From assembly GCF_001194135.2 (NCBI RefSeq), contig NC_068998.1, positions 35,959,959 through 36,023,958 of the forward strand: a stretch of DNA of 64,000 nt, written 5' to 3'. The notes beneath the pieces are model-generated. The model saw nothing but the letters and a program-made list of their open reading frames with translations. It did not search any database and had not been told where the DNA came from. Below are positions 11,401 to 23,849 of the stretch, one piece after another. How positions within the stretch are numbered: position 1 is the stretch's first letter; each line of letters opens with the position of its first letter. This DNA is from Octopus bimaculoides. Its lineage: Eukaryota. Made by a program: the position numbers and the translations under genes.

Positions 11401-11769
11401 GTACAATTTCTGAAATGGTTAAACAAACAGGGTTGTAGAGTGCCCTAATCAGTAATCTTTCATTGTTTTGTTTCCTTCTAATTAGATCTGTTTTTAATTA
11501 CTGTTTGTTATATCGTACTTGATTTTTATTTATTTTTGTGTAAATATATGTACTTTTAAGTTTTTTATGTCTAGTCATATATTATATAACCTCTATGACA
11601 CTCAACATTTCGTATTTATAAACTTTATTTTTTTACTCCACTTTTTTCTTTGTAATACGTAGTGACAATTTCGTTCCTTTTGTTTTTGTCTTGGAACAAT
11701 CGATTCGTCCCTTCCCCCAAATTTCAGGACTTGTGTGCCTATAGTAGAAAAGATTATTATTATCATTAT

Positions 11770-12305
11770 CATCATCATCATCATCATCATTATTATTATT
11801 ATTATTGAGTGAGAGAGCAGTGCATCCCATCAAAGTGACACTGGGTAAAATATACGAAGCCCATTAAACCCATCATGACTACCTGTGTGATAAAGGTACA
11901 CCAGGCACATGCATCAGAACCATATGTGCGCGATATGGTAATCTCATATCAAAATAAACAGCGCATGACCTCGCAGGTGGGGCTCAGTTAGAATTTTCTT
12001 CAGGTCGAGTAGCCCATCCCACTCAAAAGGTCCCTGAATAAAGTTTGTTTAAGGATGTTGAGCAAAACACCCATGTTTTCAAAGGTGAATTATTCAAACC
12101 CCAAAGAATTCCTCTCAACACATGGCTATGATGCTCCCCCACTACTTCTGCTCATGATGAGAGATGCACATATCGTCAGCCACCAAGGGACATGCTCAAC
12201 TGGTTAAGGTCAAACAGCTGACAAGCAAATCTGTGGTATTTGCTGTAGCCCATCTTTTATACCAAGACAAAACAATGTACATGATAACACTTCCAATTAA
12301 TTAAG
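11770..12305 (-). mobile_element. Interspersed repeat with an (AAT/GAT)n tail, unclassified SINE or LINE 3' end
   Basis: Mixed-composition block starting abruptly after the (ATC)(ATT)n tract, which reads as its tail on the minus strand. Confidence 0.45.
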
Positions 12306-13102
12306 ATCNNNNNNNNNNNNNNNNNNNNNNNNNNNNNNNNNNNNNNNNNNNNNNNNNNNNNNNNNNNNNNNNNNNNNNNNNNNNNNNNNNNNNNNNNNNN
12401 NNNNNNNNNNNNNNNNNNNNNNNNNNNNNNNNNNNNNNNNNNNNNNNNNNNNNNNNNNNNNNNNNNNNNNNNNNNNNNNNNNNNNNNNNNNNNNNNNNNN
12501 NNNNNNNNNNNNNNNNNNNNNNNNNNNNNNNNNNNNNNNNNNNNNNNNNNNNNNNNNNNNNNNNNNNNNNNNNNNNNNNNNNNNNNNNNNNNNNNNNNNN
12601 NNNNNNNNNNNNNNNNNNNNNNNNNNNNNNNNNNNNNNNNNNNNNNNNNNNNNNNNNNNNNNNNNNNNNNNNNNNNNNNNNNNNNNNNNNNNNNNNNNNN
12701 NNNNNNNNNNNNNNNNNNNNNNNNNNNNNNNNNNNNNNNNNNNNNNNNNNNNNNNNNNNNNNNNNNNNNNNNNNNNNNNNNNNNNNNNNNNNNNNNNNNN
12801 NNNNNNNNNNNNNNNNNNNNNNNNNNNNNNNNNNNNNNNNNNNNNNNNNNNNNNNNNNNNNNNNNNNNNNNNNNNNNNNNNNNNNNNNNNNNNNNNNNNN
12901 NNNNNNNNNNNNNNNNNNNNNNNNNNNNNNNNNNNNNNNNNNNNNNNNNNNNNNNNNNNNNNNNNNNNNNNNNNNNNNNNNNNNNNNNNNNNNNNNNNNN
13001 NNNNNNNNNNNNNNNNNNNNNNNNNNNNNNNNNNNNNNNNNNNNNNNNNNNNNNNNNNNNNNNNNNNNNNNNNNNNNNNNNNNNNNNNNNNNNNNNNNNN
13101 NN

Positions 13103-13535
13103 ATTATTACCTCCACCTTAGTGAAGGCAGAGGTATTGTTAACTGCACCGTATGCAGGTCCTTTCCGTTTTCTTTCACGCACGGATAAATTTTTCACAAT
13201 AAATAAACCTTAATGGTCATAAAGATGGACTAAAAAAGGCCTTCATAGAGAAAACTGACCCTATTCCCACTGCAGACGACACACGCACAGCACTATGTAC
13301 ACAGCCCGCACACCCACCTTTACATTCCATGACTACCATTGGGATCGATCCGGTACTGGACAAGGATTCTGGATTATTTTTCCGTTTTTTTATTACTTAA
13401 TTTTTGAGAGCGATCGGGTTCATTTTTAGTATTCTCGTTTGTGAGAGCAGTCCAGTTTATTTCAGATATTCTCATTTTAGTAGATCATCTCCGGCTAATC
13501 GTTGAGAGAACGTTGATGTTGTCTTGGCGGAGGTT
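13103..13535. mobile_element. MITE/HINE-like element with ACCTCC(A/G)CC...GGCGGAGGT termini
   Basis: Left end TTATTACCTCCACCTTAGTGAAGGCAGAGGT (hairpin); right end CTTGGCGGAGGT; internal ATCGATCCGGTACTGGACAAGGATTCTGGATT block. Confidence 0.5.
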
Positions 13536-13773
13536 TCGGCTGATATACCCTCCAGGCCTCATCAGGTGTCTTGGGGAAATTTCGAACCTGGGTTCTCATC
13601 CCTAAGGTATTTTTCGATGTTATTATTATTATTTCACTGGTCCTGCGCAGTCGATATGTATCTTGGACCATGGGCTCTCAGTTTTTGTGCATATCCCTAG
13701 TTGTCCGAGAGTACTGGCGGAAACATTTTAATGATTTTATCTTTAACTCTTCAGACGAATTATTTTTAGAGGG

Positions 13774-15092
13774 TCAACTGTTTATGTTTTTATAACAGAG
13801 ATTTATAGGGAGGTCCCATAAATCGAATAATTCTAACCAATCGGTACGAAACAGATCGGTTGCATTTTTAACGACGAAGACTTTTGCCTTGAATGTTTTC
13901 CCTCGAAATGTGACATTAGTCCACATTTTACCTATGAAATGTAATTTGTCACGTGTTACGCTATGAGCAGATTTCGCTGTTTTTCTCAAGATAGGTTTAC
14001 CTATTTTCTTCCATGTGTCCATATTTATTATTGAAATATCACTTCCAGTATCCAATTGAAGTTTAATATGTATTCCATTTATTTTTACGTGTACTAATTT
14101 TCTTATTTGGGAGTCAATTTTTGCTTCTGCTGAGAGCACTCTAGGATTTTTAACGTTTGACCTTCATAATTTTGTTCTGCAGTCTTTGGACACTCTTTTG
14201 CAACTGTAACATTTTTGACTTTTAAATGGACAGTCTTTTCTGAAATGTATTCCCCACATCCATAACAGGGATTAGGACGTGGTGCTCTTTATTGGTTGTA
14301 ATTTTCCGGTTGGCATTTCTGTATTTTTAAGGAATCCTTTTCTTGAAATTTTTTCTACATTGGGTTTCAGGTTTACCATCCTTTGGTATTATTCTGCCAC
14401 AGACTTGGTTCGCTTGTTCCAATTTAAAAAGAATTCTTGCCGAATTCCTGTATCTTCGCTTGCTGTAAGGCCTTGTACAAAAATAAAACACTTCAACATC
14501 TCAGGTGTAAGTTCTTTGAGTTTAAAACTTTCACACATCCTGTTGACTGTTCCTGCATATGTGATAAAATCATCATTCTCTTCTTTCGTTATATTCCAAC
14601 ACTCCATTCGAGTGTTAAATAGAGATGTTTTTAGCACCGAATATGTTAGACAGTAATTCTATTATTTCTTTAAAACAAATTTCATTGGGATTTTGGGGCA
14701 ATATGAAATTACAGTAATGTTCGTGCTCTAACGGACCTAATTTTCGTAATAATAATATCACTTTTTGTTCGTCCGACCATGATTTTCTATCTTGCTTATA
14801 ATCTCCTCGTACCTTCTGTAGTACGATGTAGTTATTCCCTCCTCTGGATTATAACTGAATTCATTGGAAACGCCGTCTGGTGAAAATGAGCTCACCTTCT
14901 TTTTGGACTTCTTTGAATATAGCTCCATTAATTGTTGTTGCTGTAATAGGTGCTTCTGCAACTCCTGTTGCTACTCTTATTGTTGCTTTTGCAACTGTAC
15001 TTTGGAAGCTAATAGGTCTTCCATTATTTAGCAAGCTGTATCACGAACAAATTGTTAAATAACCTACGTGAGCTTCGAAACCCTCATGGCCA
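13774..15092 (-). mobile_element. Ty3/Gypsy (K02A2.6/Mag-like) internal remnant: PBS, gag, zinc knuckle and aspartic protease; truncated before RT
   Basis: FSYNPEEGITTSYYRRYEE; KTSLFNTRMECWNITKEENDDFITYAGTVNRMCESFKLKEL; PNPCYGCG..FRKDCPF; KLQLDTGSDISII; PBS-like TGGCCATGAGGG at 15092-15081. Confidence 0.9.
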
Positions 15093-15098
15093 GAATAT

Positions 15099-15359
15099 TG
15101 TAACGTAATTTGCTTCGTACAATAAATAAGATAACCAGGCAACAGTAAAAACAATGTAACGAACTAACAAATCTCTTTATGAACCAACAAACAATATTCC
15201 TTGTGAACTAACCAACCAACACCTTCCGACTTCACTGCGAACTAACACGACCTTCACTCGACTCCGAACTCTGAACACACTCGAATCGTTACTACTATTT
15301 ATACTTTACTCAGACCAGTCTATCTCTTGCAAGGGGGCGTCATAACTCTCATCACAACA
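15099..15359 (-). mobile_element. 5' LTR (261 bp) of the Gypsy element
   Basis: TG...CA ends on both strands (TGTTGTG...GTTACA on minus), TATAAATA box on minus, and 6 nt from the PBS. Confidence 0.8.
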
Positions 15360-15499
15360 ATAACATAATTCTTGAAATTTTTATCGAAAAGTTTCTCTTT
15401 CTCCTCGTATAGGTTTTCTTCTAAATACAAAAACCACAATCTGGTTAGCATATGAGGGTGAAAATTTCGTTCTCATAGCTGTGCCCTTTATGTTTATGT

Positions 15500-15910
15500 T
15501 TTAACATCAATGTTGGCCTCAACTTGAGATCAGTGGGTTTTAGTATTTTTATATACAGGTTCTACTGTTCACTTATTGGTTTGTATTTCTGTGCTTTTGT
15601 GAATCTTGGAAACCGTAGAAATTGCTCTCTTGAATTTCAGAGTTACATAAATGGTCTATTTTGTTATCTGTGAAGGAGTCTTGCTATTGGCTAATGTTCT
15701 GACTTTATTCATTATTGGGTTTTTTCTAGATTTTTGTTTCTTTCTTAGAGTAATTTTGGTCTGTTATATCTTCCAATATTTTGTCTTTATAATAGTCCCT
15801 GTCCATAACCACTATCGCTTCCCTTATCGGTTTATTTTTTAGGATGACTGAGTTGTTCTTCAGTGTTAGCAAAGTTTCCTTTTATTTTTCTACGAAAGTT
15901 TTGTTTGCTT
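15500..15910 (-). mobile_element. Penelope-like reverse transcriptase N-terminal fragment
   Basis: With frameshifts: KETLLTLKNNSVILK..DKGSAIVVMDRDYYKDKILE..SNFYG(L)PKIHKS..DLKLRP, the PLE RT signature ADKG..VV.D..Y / FYGLPKIHK / LRPI. Confidence 0.8.
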
Positions 15911-15950
15911 TTACCGGCACTGAGGGGTAATTTTGATTGAAATTGTGTTT

Positions 15951-16900
15951 AATTAGGTTGGCAACTAAGTTCCCTCGGTTTTTTTAAATTAAAATTTTTT
16001 TAAAGGTTTAATAAAAAATAACAACTAATTAATCAATAATGCATTCACTCTTGTTGTTTACAACTTCTTCCCAACGTTCAACAAGCTTTTCAATACCTCG
16101 CTCGTAGAAATCACCCAATTTCGACTCGAAAAATTGATCCAACCAAGCTCTCAATTCTGCATCAGTATTGAAGGAAACTCCGCGCATAGCATTTGAAAGA
16201 GATCGAAAGAGGAGGAAATCCGTCGGTGCCCAATCAGGAGAGTACGGCGGGTAAGGCAGCACTTCCCAGCCATGCGTTTGAAAGGCTTCCTTGGTCATAT
16301 TGGCGATATGAGGGCGGGCGTTGTCGTGCAGCAGAACTCCATGCTGACGATTAGGTCTTTTCTTTTGAATAGCCGTGTTGAGTGTTTCCATTTGTTGAAC
16401 ATAGAGTTCCGCGTTGACCGTTTGGTTCCGTTTAAGCAATTCGTAAAGCATAATCCCTTCCCAGTCCCACCATACGCACAATATTGTTCTACGCGGATGA
16501 AGATCTTGTTTCATGCGCGGTGTTGCTTGTTTACCGGGGCTAAGCCATTCATTACGCTGCTTCATATTGATGATTGATGTACAGGCACTACTTTTCGTCG
16601 CCAGTAACGATTCGGTAAAGAAATTGTTGCTTGTGTCCATGAGTTGAGCGGTGACGAGCAAGCAAACCAGCGGAGATTGTGGCTCGTTGGTTTTTGTTGT
16701 TGTCACTTAAAGCATGCGAAACCCATGCTCCATACTTCTGAACCTTTCCCATCGAGTAAAGATGCTTCTCTATAGCAGTGTGAGAGCATTCCATTTTCTC
16801 TGCCAGTTATCTTGTCGTTTGACGAGAATTTTCGTGCAAAAGTTGGTTTAATCGCTTCTAAATTGAATTTATAACTATGTATGCGTATGCAAAAAAATTT
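15951..16900 (-). mobile_element. Mariner DD34D remnant
   Basis: GKVQKYGAWVSHAL, RIVTGDEK, LHPRRTILCVWWDWEG, LLHDNARPH, PYPPYSPDWAPTDFLLF; 3' TIR TTAGGTTGGCAACTAAGTT at 15953. Confidence 0.93.
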
Positions 16901-17008
16901 GATCCCCTAATTTGAGTTTCTATTTTAATTCTTATCTTTTGTCTCGGGTTCGACCCGAGCACTTCTTAAGCAGTTCTATATATTTCGTAAGAAATAATAA
17001 TATTATTT

Positions 17009-17243
17009 TACTTTGTTTCAGCCATTTGACTGCGGCCATGCTAGAGCACCGCCTTTAGTCGAACAAGTCGACCCCAGGACTTATTCTTTGTAAGCCTAGT
17101 ACTTATCCTTTAGGTCTCTTTTGCCGAACTGCCAACGTAAACACGCCAACATCGGTTTTCAAGCAATGGTGGGGGACAAACACAGACACACAAACATATA
17201 CACACACACATATATATATACTTACACCATAGCCACTCCTGCG

Positions 17244-17247
<4 letters not shown>
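17009..17247 (-). mobile_element. Octopus OR-type tRNA SINE, internally deleted
   Basis: Tail TTTGTTTCAGCCATTTGACTGCGGCCATGCTAGAGCACCGCC shared with many copies in the window; head remnant GGCGCAGGAGTGGCTATGG on minus. Confidence 0.85.
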
Positions 17248-17290
<43 letters not shown>

Positions 17291-17319
17291 TTATTTATTT
17301 ATATAAATGAAGTTAAGCG

Positions 17320-18204
17320 CAAGTGTTATTCAAATCTTTATTCTTCCGACATATGCTTTGAAGAAAACATTGGTATTATTCCAGAAGGAATAAAATGAGG
17401 TAAAACAATGCAATCTTCTCAACCGAATCAGAATAGGGTTTTCAAACTCCAAAAGCCTTTCAAAAGTCATCTCTTCGCATAACAATATGTTGTTAAATAC
17501 AAATCCACTTAATGAAAATAATAACTTTGTTATTATTAACACGAACCATTCTTTGAACAATAACAACATTATTAGTATTTCTGATATAAATTCCAATCGC
17601 ATTCGTTTCCTTAGCAGTAATTCTAAGACTAGAAACTCTGTTTATCAATGTAAAATTGCTTCCGGTTCTGGCGTAATTTTTTAATATAAGTAGTTCTTCA
17701 TCTCAGTTGTCCAAAAGAATATCTTCTTGTAAACACGCTTAAAGAACGCGTTTATTGTTGCAAACATTGGCAAAATATACCTTTAGTTCCTGTAAGTAAT
17801 TTCTACCAGTCTATCAAATTCGAACTTTAACTGTCTTCTTACATTTCATTTCCACTAAATATATCAATTTCCACACCTTTAATCTTTATTCCTATTCACA
17901 TTTCGCACTATATTTCTCCACTCTTAGTTTTTTGCTAATTTCTTTCTTCCTCCTCCTTCTCTCTATATAAATTGCCTTTGACATTATATCTATTAGTGTT
18001 TTTTTTTAATAACTTACCAGCATTCCCTTCATCATATATGCAGTAATCACATTCGGTTAAAATGTTTATTGATGCGTTTTGTGTCTCTCTTTTTTCTCCT
18101 GATGAGAAGATTGCATTGTTTTACATCATTTTATTCCTTCTGGAATAATACCAATGTTTTCTTCGAAACTTATGTCGGAAGTATAAAGATTTGAATAACA
18201 CCTG
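17320..18204. repeat. 101-bp inverted repeat pair (17320-17420 / 18104-18204)
   Basis: 6 mismatches counted by eye over 101 bp; 683-bp spacer. Confidence 0.9.
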
Positions 18205-20032
18205 TGTTGGATCTTGTTCAAAACGGGGGCACCAGTATTTTATTAACGAAACACTTTGACACTTGGGACACTGGTAGAATGTGTCATATAAAACATCTTT
18301 TTCTCTTAGTCTTCTTAACAAAAAAACGTACATCGCAAGTTATTTCATGTTAAAGTTGTCGTATTTCTGTAATTTCAACCAATGACTGACGTCCATTCAG
18401 CCGGATATTATTAAGCGCTGACTATGTAAACAAACGATGGCTGAAGTATATTGGCAGTAGGGTTAGGGTTAGGCAGTAGCTAATAAACCTTTCATACAGT
18501 TCAGGCAGATGTTAACGAAATAAACACGCGTGAAAGAAAATGAAAAAAAGCAAATGTTGTACACATACAGTTCAGGCAGATGTTAACGAAATTATAAATG
18601 GAGATTAAATACGCTTTACACCGCTTAAACTTCCAAAGGAGCAAGTGTAAACAGCTGAATACTTGTCAGGGATTGGTTGAAATTATCGAAATAAGACAAT
18701 TTTTTACATGAAATAAATTCGAATACAAAAATTTTTTTCTGTTCTATAACACAAAATAGATNNNNNNNNNNNNNNNNNNNNNNNNNNNNNNNNNNNNNNN
18801 NNNNNNNNNNNNNNNNNNNNNNNNNNNNNNNNNNNNNNNNNNNNNNNNNNNNNNNNNNNNNNNNNNNNNNNNNNNNNNNNNNNNNNNNNNNNNNNNNNNN
18901 NNNNNNNNNNNNNNNNNNNNNNNNNNNNNNNNNNNNNNNNNNNNNNNNNNNNNNNNNNNNNNNNNNNNNNNNNNNNNNNNNNNNNNNNNNNNNNNNNNNN
19001 NNNNNNNNNNNNNNNNNNNNNNNNNNNNNNNNNNNNNNNNNNNNNNNNNNNNNNNNNNNNNNNNNNNNNNNNNNNNNNNNNNNNNNNNNNNNNNNNNNNN
19101 NNNNNNNNNNNNNNNNNNNNNNNNNNNNNNNNNNNNNNNNNNNNNNNNNNNNNNNNNNNNNNNNNNNNNNNNNNNNNNNNNNNNNNNNNNNNNNNNNNNN
19201 NNNNNNNNNNNNNNNNNNNNNNNNNNNNNNNNNNNNNNNNNNNNNNNNNNNNNNNNNNNNNNNNNNNNNNNNNNNNNNNNNNNNNNNNNNNNNNNNNNNN
19301 NNNNNNNNNNNNNNNNNNNNNNNNNNNNNNNNNNNNNNNNNNNNNNNNNNNNNNNNNNNNNNNNNNNNNNNNNNNNNNNNNNNNNNNNNNNNNNNNNNNN
19401 NNNNNNNNNNNNNNNNNNNNNNNNNNNNNNNNNNNNNNNNNNNNNNNNNNNNNNNNNNNNNNNNNNNNNNNNNNNNNNNNNNNNNNNNNNNNNNNNNNNN
19501 NNNNNNNNNNNNNNNNNNNATATTTGTTGACATATATGAAATGAACAAATATTGACAAGTATGAACAAGTAGATATTACGTAAGCGCTAATCTACCATTA
19601 CTGTGCAAACAAACCACATGTTTAAAACGCAGGGCTTTTTCTATAGAATGGACACGCACACATACACGAATACAAAGGCGTATATTTATTTATCATGAAA
19701 AATTCTGGTCTAAGGTCTGCACAATAGAGGCTATTATATTTCATATAATTCTTGGGAAGTAAAAAGTTAATAATTTTAAAAACCAGGTGTCACATTAAAT
19801 AGTTTCATTACCTCCTTAATTTACTTACACAGCACCTACTCATTCACACACGAGCGCGCGCACGCACATACACACATATGCAAAAAAAAAAAAAAACACA
19901 CGCACGCATAGCTCAGTGGTAAAGAAATTTTCTTCTCAACTCTTAAACCGCGTGTTTGATTCCATGGCCTGACATATTCGGCAATACACACACACACACA
20001 TATATATATATATATGTGTGTGTATGTGTGTG

Positions 20033-20066
<34 letters not shown>

Positions 20067-20070
20067 CATA

Positions 20071-20110
20071 CTAGCAGAGATACCCGGCGCTGCTCGAGAT
20101 TAAAATGGCA
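20071..20110 (-). mobile_element. Isolated Helitron-like 3' end
   Basis: Minus strand reads ATCTCGAGCAGCGCCGGGTATCTCTGCTAG|T, nearly identical to the end at 41675. Confidence 0.65.
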
Positions 20111-20834
20111 TAGTTTTTTACTGTTTTAATTCTTTCGATCATTTGACTATAGACATGCTGGAGTACCACCTTTACTTGAAGAAATCGACCCCAGGATTTA
20201 TTTTTTGTAAACCTAGTACTTATGCCATCGGAGTGTTTTGTCAAATTGAGGAAAATCAGTCTCCCAGACACAAAACCTGTGCATCAATGGTCTCACTACT
20301 TCTCCTGTCCCACACAAAGAATGCTGCCAGTACCTTGGCATTGATAAAATATATCATACCAAGGTACTGTGAATAAAGATAGTGACCCATGAATATAACA
20401 CCAGACTAAGAAAAATATCGCAGTCCGAACTCTCCTCTTATAAGACAATATCCCACAATGCGTTTACAGTGCTAGTGCTGATTCCAGTTTGTGATACCTG
20501 ACTAGTCTGTAGAAAAAATCCATCCCATAAACATTAAAGCCCGCAAGATTCTGACACCAACTGGGGGCTTGAGATCAATGCAGACGAACCTCGACTGTCG
20601 CATAATCTTTCTCAGATATTGATCTCGTTATCTACATTCCAAAGATGTAGCTTTGTATCTTTGTTAGAAACTAATCCCTTCTTCAGAAGAATAATTTAAA
20701 CGATTAGATACAGAAGAGACATACATACATACATACATACATACATACATACATACATACATACATACATACATACCTACATACATACACACACACATAC
20801 ATACATACATATATTTACCATAGTGTCACTACTG

Positions 20835-21175
20835 CAATGGTTCACAACCATTTCTTTTTATCTATGGGCCCCTTTGATTCCAATATTCTCTGGTGGATCC
20901 CCATAATCATTCGATTCTTATAAAACTAGCTTTACAGACACTTCTTTCACTATCCTATTTGACTTTTACACACATTAACCTGTCTAGGTTGAACAATAGA
21001 ACGTTAGAGATGGAAATTTTGTTGTTTCTTGTAATAAATACATCTAAAGCAAGTGTTTTCCATTGACCCTTAATATACTACTGTGGGTCCCAAATTTACT
21101 ACTTTGCTTGAATGGAACTTCAAGAATTTTATATAGACCACCAGGGTTCATAGGGACCCCGGTTTAGAACCATTG
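20835..21175. mobile_element. hAT (Charlie-like) MITE
   Basis: TIRs CAATGGTTCACAACC / GGTTTAGAACCATTG; 8-bp TSD CACTACTG / CTCTACAG (6/8 match). Confidence 0.75.
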
Positions 21176-21443
21176 CTCTACAGGATCAGGGTGATTCGGG
21201 CCCTGTGAGTAAAGCTGAGCGGATGGAAACTGTGAAGAGAGCCCGCTGGATGGATTGAAAGCGTAATTCGAAGATCCATCCATGTCACATTGTGCCACGC
21301 TGGTTCTTCTTGAGAATTACGTCAAAGAAATACGTGTGTGTTGGAATACGCGGCCACTTTTCATGCTAATTCAATAATTAAATGAAATAATTCTGTTGAT
21401 CGAATAACTGGATGCTTATATATAGAAATTGTCTGGAAAATTC

Positions 21444-21531
<88 letters not shown>

Positions 21532-21544
21532 ATGTGTTGTGTGT

Positions 21545-21840
21545 GTGACTGTGTGGTAAGAAGCTTAATTCCCAACCATACGATTCCGTGTTCAACCCCA
21601 CTGCGTGTGTGTGTGTGTGTGTGTATGTGTGAGTATCTGTCTGTCTGTTTTTGTTCCCCCATCACCAATTGACAACAGTTGTTGTGTTTAAGTCCCCATA
21701 TCCAGCGGTTCGACAAAAGAGGCCGATATGATAAGTACTAAGCTTAAGAAAATAAGTCCTGGTGTTGATTCGTTCAATTAAAACTATTCAAGGCGGTGCT
21801 CCAGCATGGCTGCTGTCAAAATACTGAAACAAGTAAAAGA

Positions 21841-21842
<2 letters not shown>
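21545..21842 (+). mobile_element. OR-type tRNA SINE, internally deleted
   Basis: Head GTGACTGTGTGGTAAGAAGCTT..GTTCAACCCCACTGCG; tail GCGGTGCTCCAGCATGGC..GAAACAAGTAAAAGAG. Confidence 0.85.
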
Positions 21843-21923
<81 letters not shown>

Positions 21924-22139
21924 GAAAGGATTCCGTCCATCAACATGTGACTAAAAGCAGACTGACACATTGCTATAAAACAAAGAACTATCAGTAGTTC
22001 ATGGTAAGCAGCTCACTGTGAGCCGTTGGCAGAGAGCATTTAACCTCGTGTAACAATAATCGTAGTGCGTCGTATGAATACTTTTTTCCCCCTGCTTCGT
22101 TAAATTATTTATCCAACTCCAGGATATAAAATATATATA

Positions 22140-23200
22140 CAGGGTGGGAAAGCAAAACTTGCAAAATTGCTGTAACATTTGAAACTCTTTCATTGCGCAT
22201 CAATAGGTTAAGCAATTCAAAATTAGGTTAATGACATTCACATATATTTACAAAACGAATAATTTATCCTATATGGCTTCCATTGTTTGCAATTACAGCC
22301 TCCACACTGCCCCGGAACCCCGCACAACTCTTCACTACGAAGTCGTTGGACATCCTGGCCTACTCCTCAGAGTGTTGATGCTGAGATGGGAGGTTTTATT
22401 GGTAGCATGCTCCAAAACGCCCCACACAGCATAGTTCAGAAGGTTGAGATCTGGGCTGGAAGAAGGCCAGAAGTCCTCAGGCAGGGCAGAAAGCCGCAAA
22501 GTTAGATTTGTAGAAATTTTGGACTTTCTTGGCAGTATGGCTGGAAGCACCATCCTAGGTCCACACATAGTTGATCTCAGGGTAGTTGGCCTTGAGCCAT
22601 TGCAAGGCATGGTACCACAGCGTCTTGTAGTAGGTGTCAGCACTCGCCTTTTCTCTGGCCTTGTAGCAGATTTGCATCTTTCTTCAGTCGGAAGCCACAA
22701 CATCGAAGGCCACGACCTGGGATGGATGTTTTGTTCTGAAAGTGCCCCTGATATCAGCTGTTGAATTCGCAATGTACCAGTCGTTTCTGTGGTTCACAAT
22801 GGCATCCACTGAGAAGATCTCGCCAGAGAAAGTTTTCACAATGGACTTGTTCTTCTTGAGGTGTGAGAACCTTTCTGCACCTCTCCAGTCTCCTGGCCTT
22901 CATAGGTTCTGTCAGCAGGTGTCTTGGTATCCTGGTGAAAGACTTGGTGAAAGTCGATGTAATCGACTTAGCCTCTCCCCTGAAATTGCTTGCCTTGTGC
23001 CAAAATTAGAAACCTATATTAGCAATGTCTCATCCAAAGTCTTACAACTTAGAATTAATTCTAAGTGATTGGGTACCATCTATGATGTTTTCTGGCCAAG
23101 TATCTGCCAGTCTCCTACGAAACTAATTCTGACGACTTCAGATTTTCAACTAATCGTTTTGTTGTTAAAAATAGCTCAAAAGAGCTGCAGGCCGATGTTG
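22140..23200 (-). mobile_element. maT/DD37D (mori-like) Tc1-mariner remnant
   Basis: TIR TA|CAGGGTGGGAAAGC at 22140; frames give YVWTQDGA, FWPSSSPDLNLLNYAVWGVLE, KHPSQVVAFDVVASDG. Confidence 0.85.
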
Positions 23201-23224
23201 TTGACTGATCACAACATAAAAAAT

Positions 23225-23610
23225 GTGTCTTTTATCATTCAGTTGTTTCAGTCATTGGACTATGGCCATGCTGGGGCATCACCTTGAAGGGTTTAGTCGA
23301 ACAAATCCACCCCATTACTTATTTTGCCTTTAAGTCTGGTACTCATACTTATTCTATCAATCTCTTTTGCCAAACCGCTAAGTTATGGAGGCGTAAACCA
23401 ACCAACATCGGTTTCCAAGCAGAGATGGGAGATACGCACGCGCATATTCTACAAGCTTCCTCATTTCCCAACTCCTAAATTCACTCACAAGGTATTGGCC
23501 TACCCAGGGCTAGAGTAGAAGGCATTTTCCATAGTGCTGCACAGCGGATGTGAACCCGAAACCACATGGTTGCAAAGCGAGCTTCTTCACCATATATTCA
23601 TGCCTGAAAA
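23225..23610 (-). mobile_element. OR-type tRNA SINE
   Basis: Both head and tail recognisable; B-box-like GGTTTCGGGTTCACATCC on minus. Confidence 0.85.
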
Positions 23611-23849
23611 TATTCAAACTGATCCTGAGAGTTTTTACTTCTACCAAATAAACTATACAATAGTAGGAGAGAACACATTACTTCCTACAACACATCACTA
23701 GCAGAGTCCACAACACATCACTAGCTGAGTCCATGTCTCGCATTTTTTCAATCTTTCATCCCCTAAACTGTCACATTATGATTGCTTTTGCACCCTCCAT
23801 ACACGTACTAATGAAAAAGTAACCTTTTTCACATTGAACCAGGCATGAT

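Noticed and set aside
23688-23735. 23-bp tandem duplicate, and a 30-bp duplicate at 27885-27945
   Set aside because: Ordinary local slippage duplications; only two units and no spacers, so not CRISPR-like.
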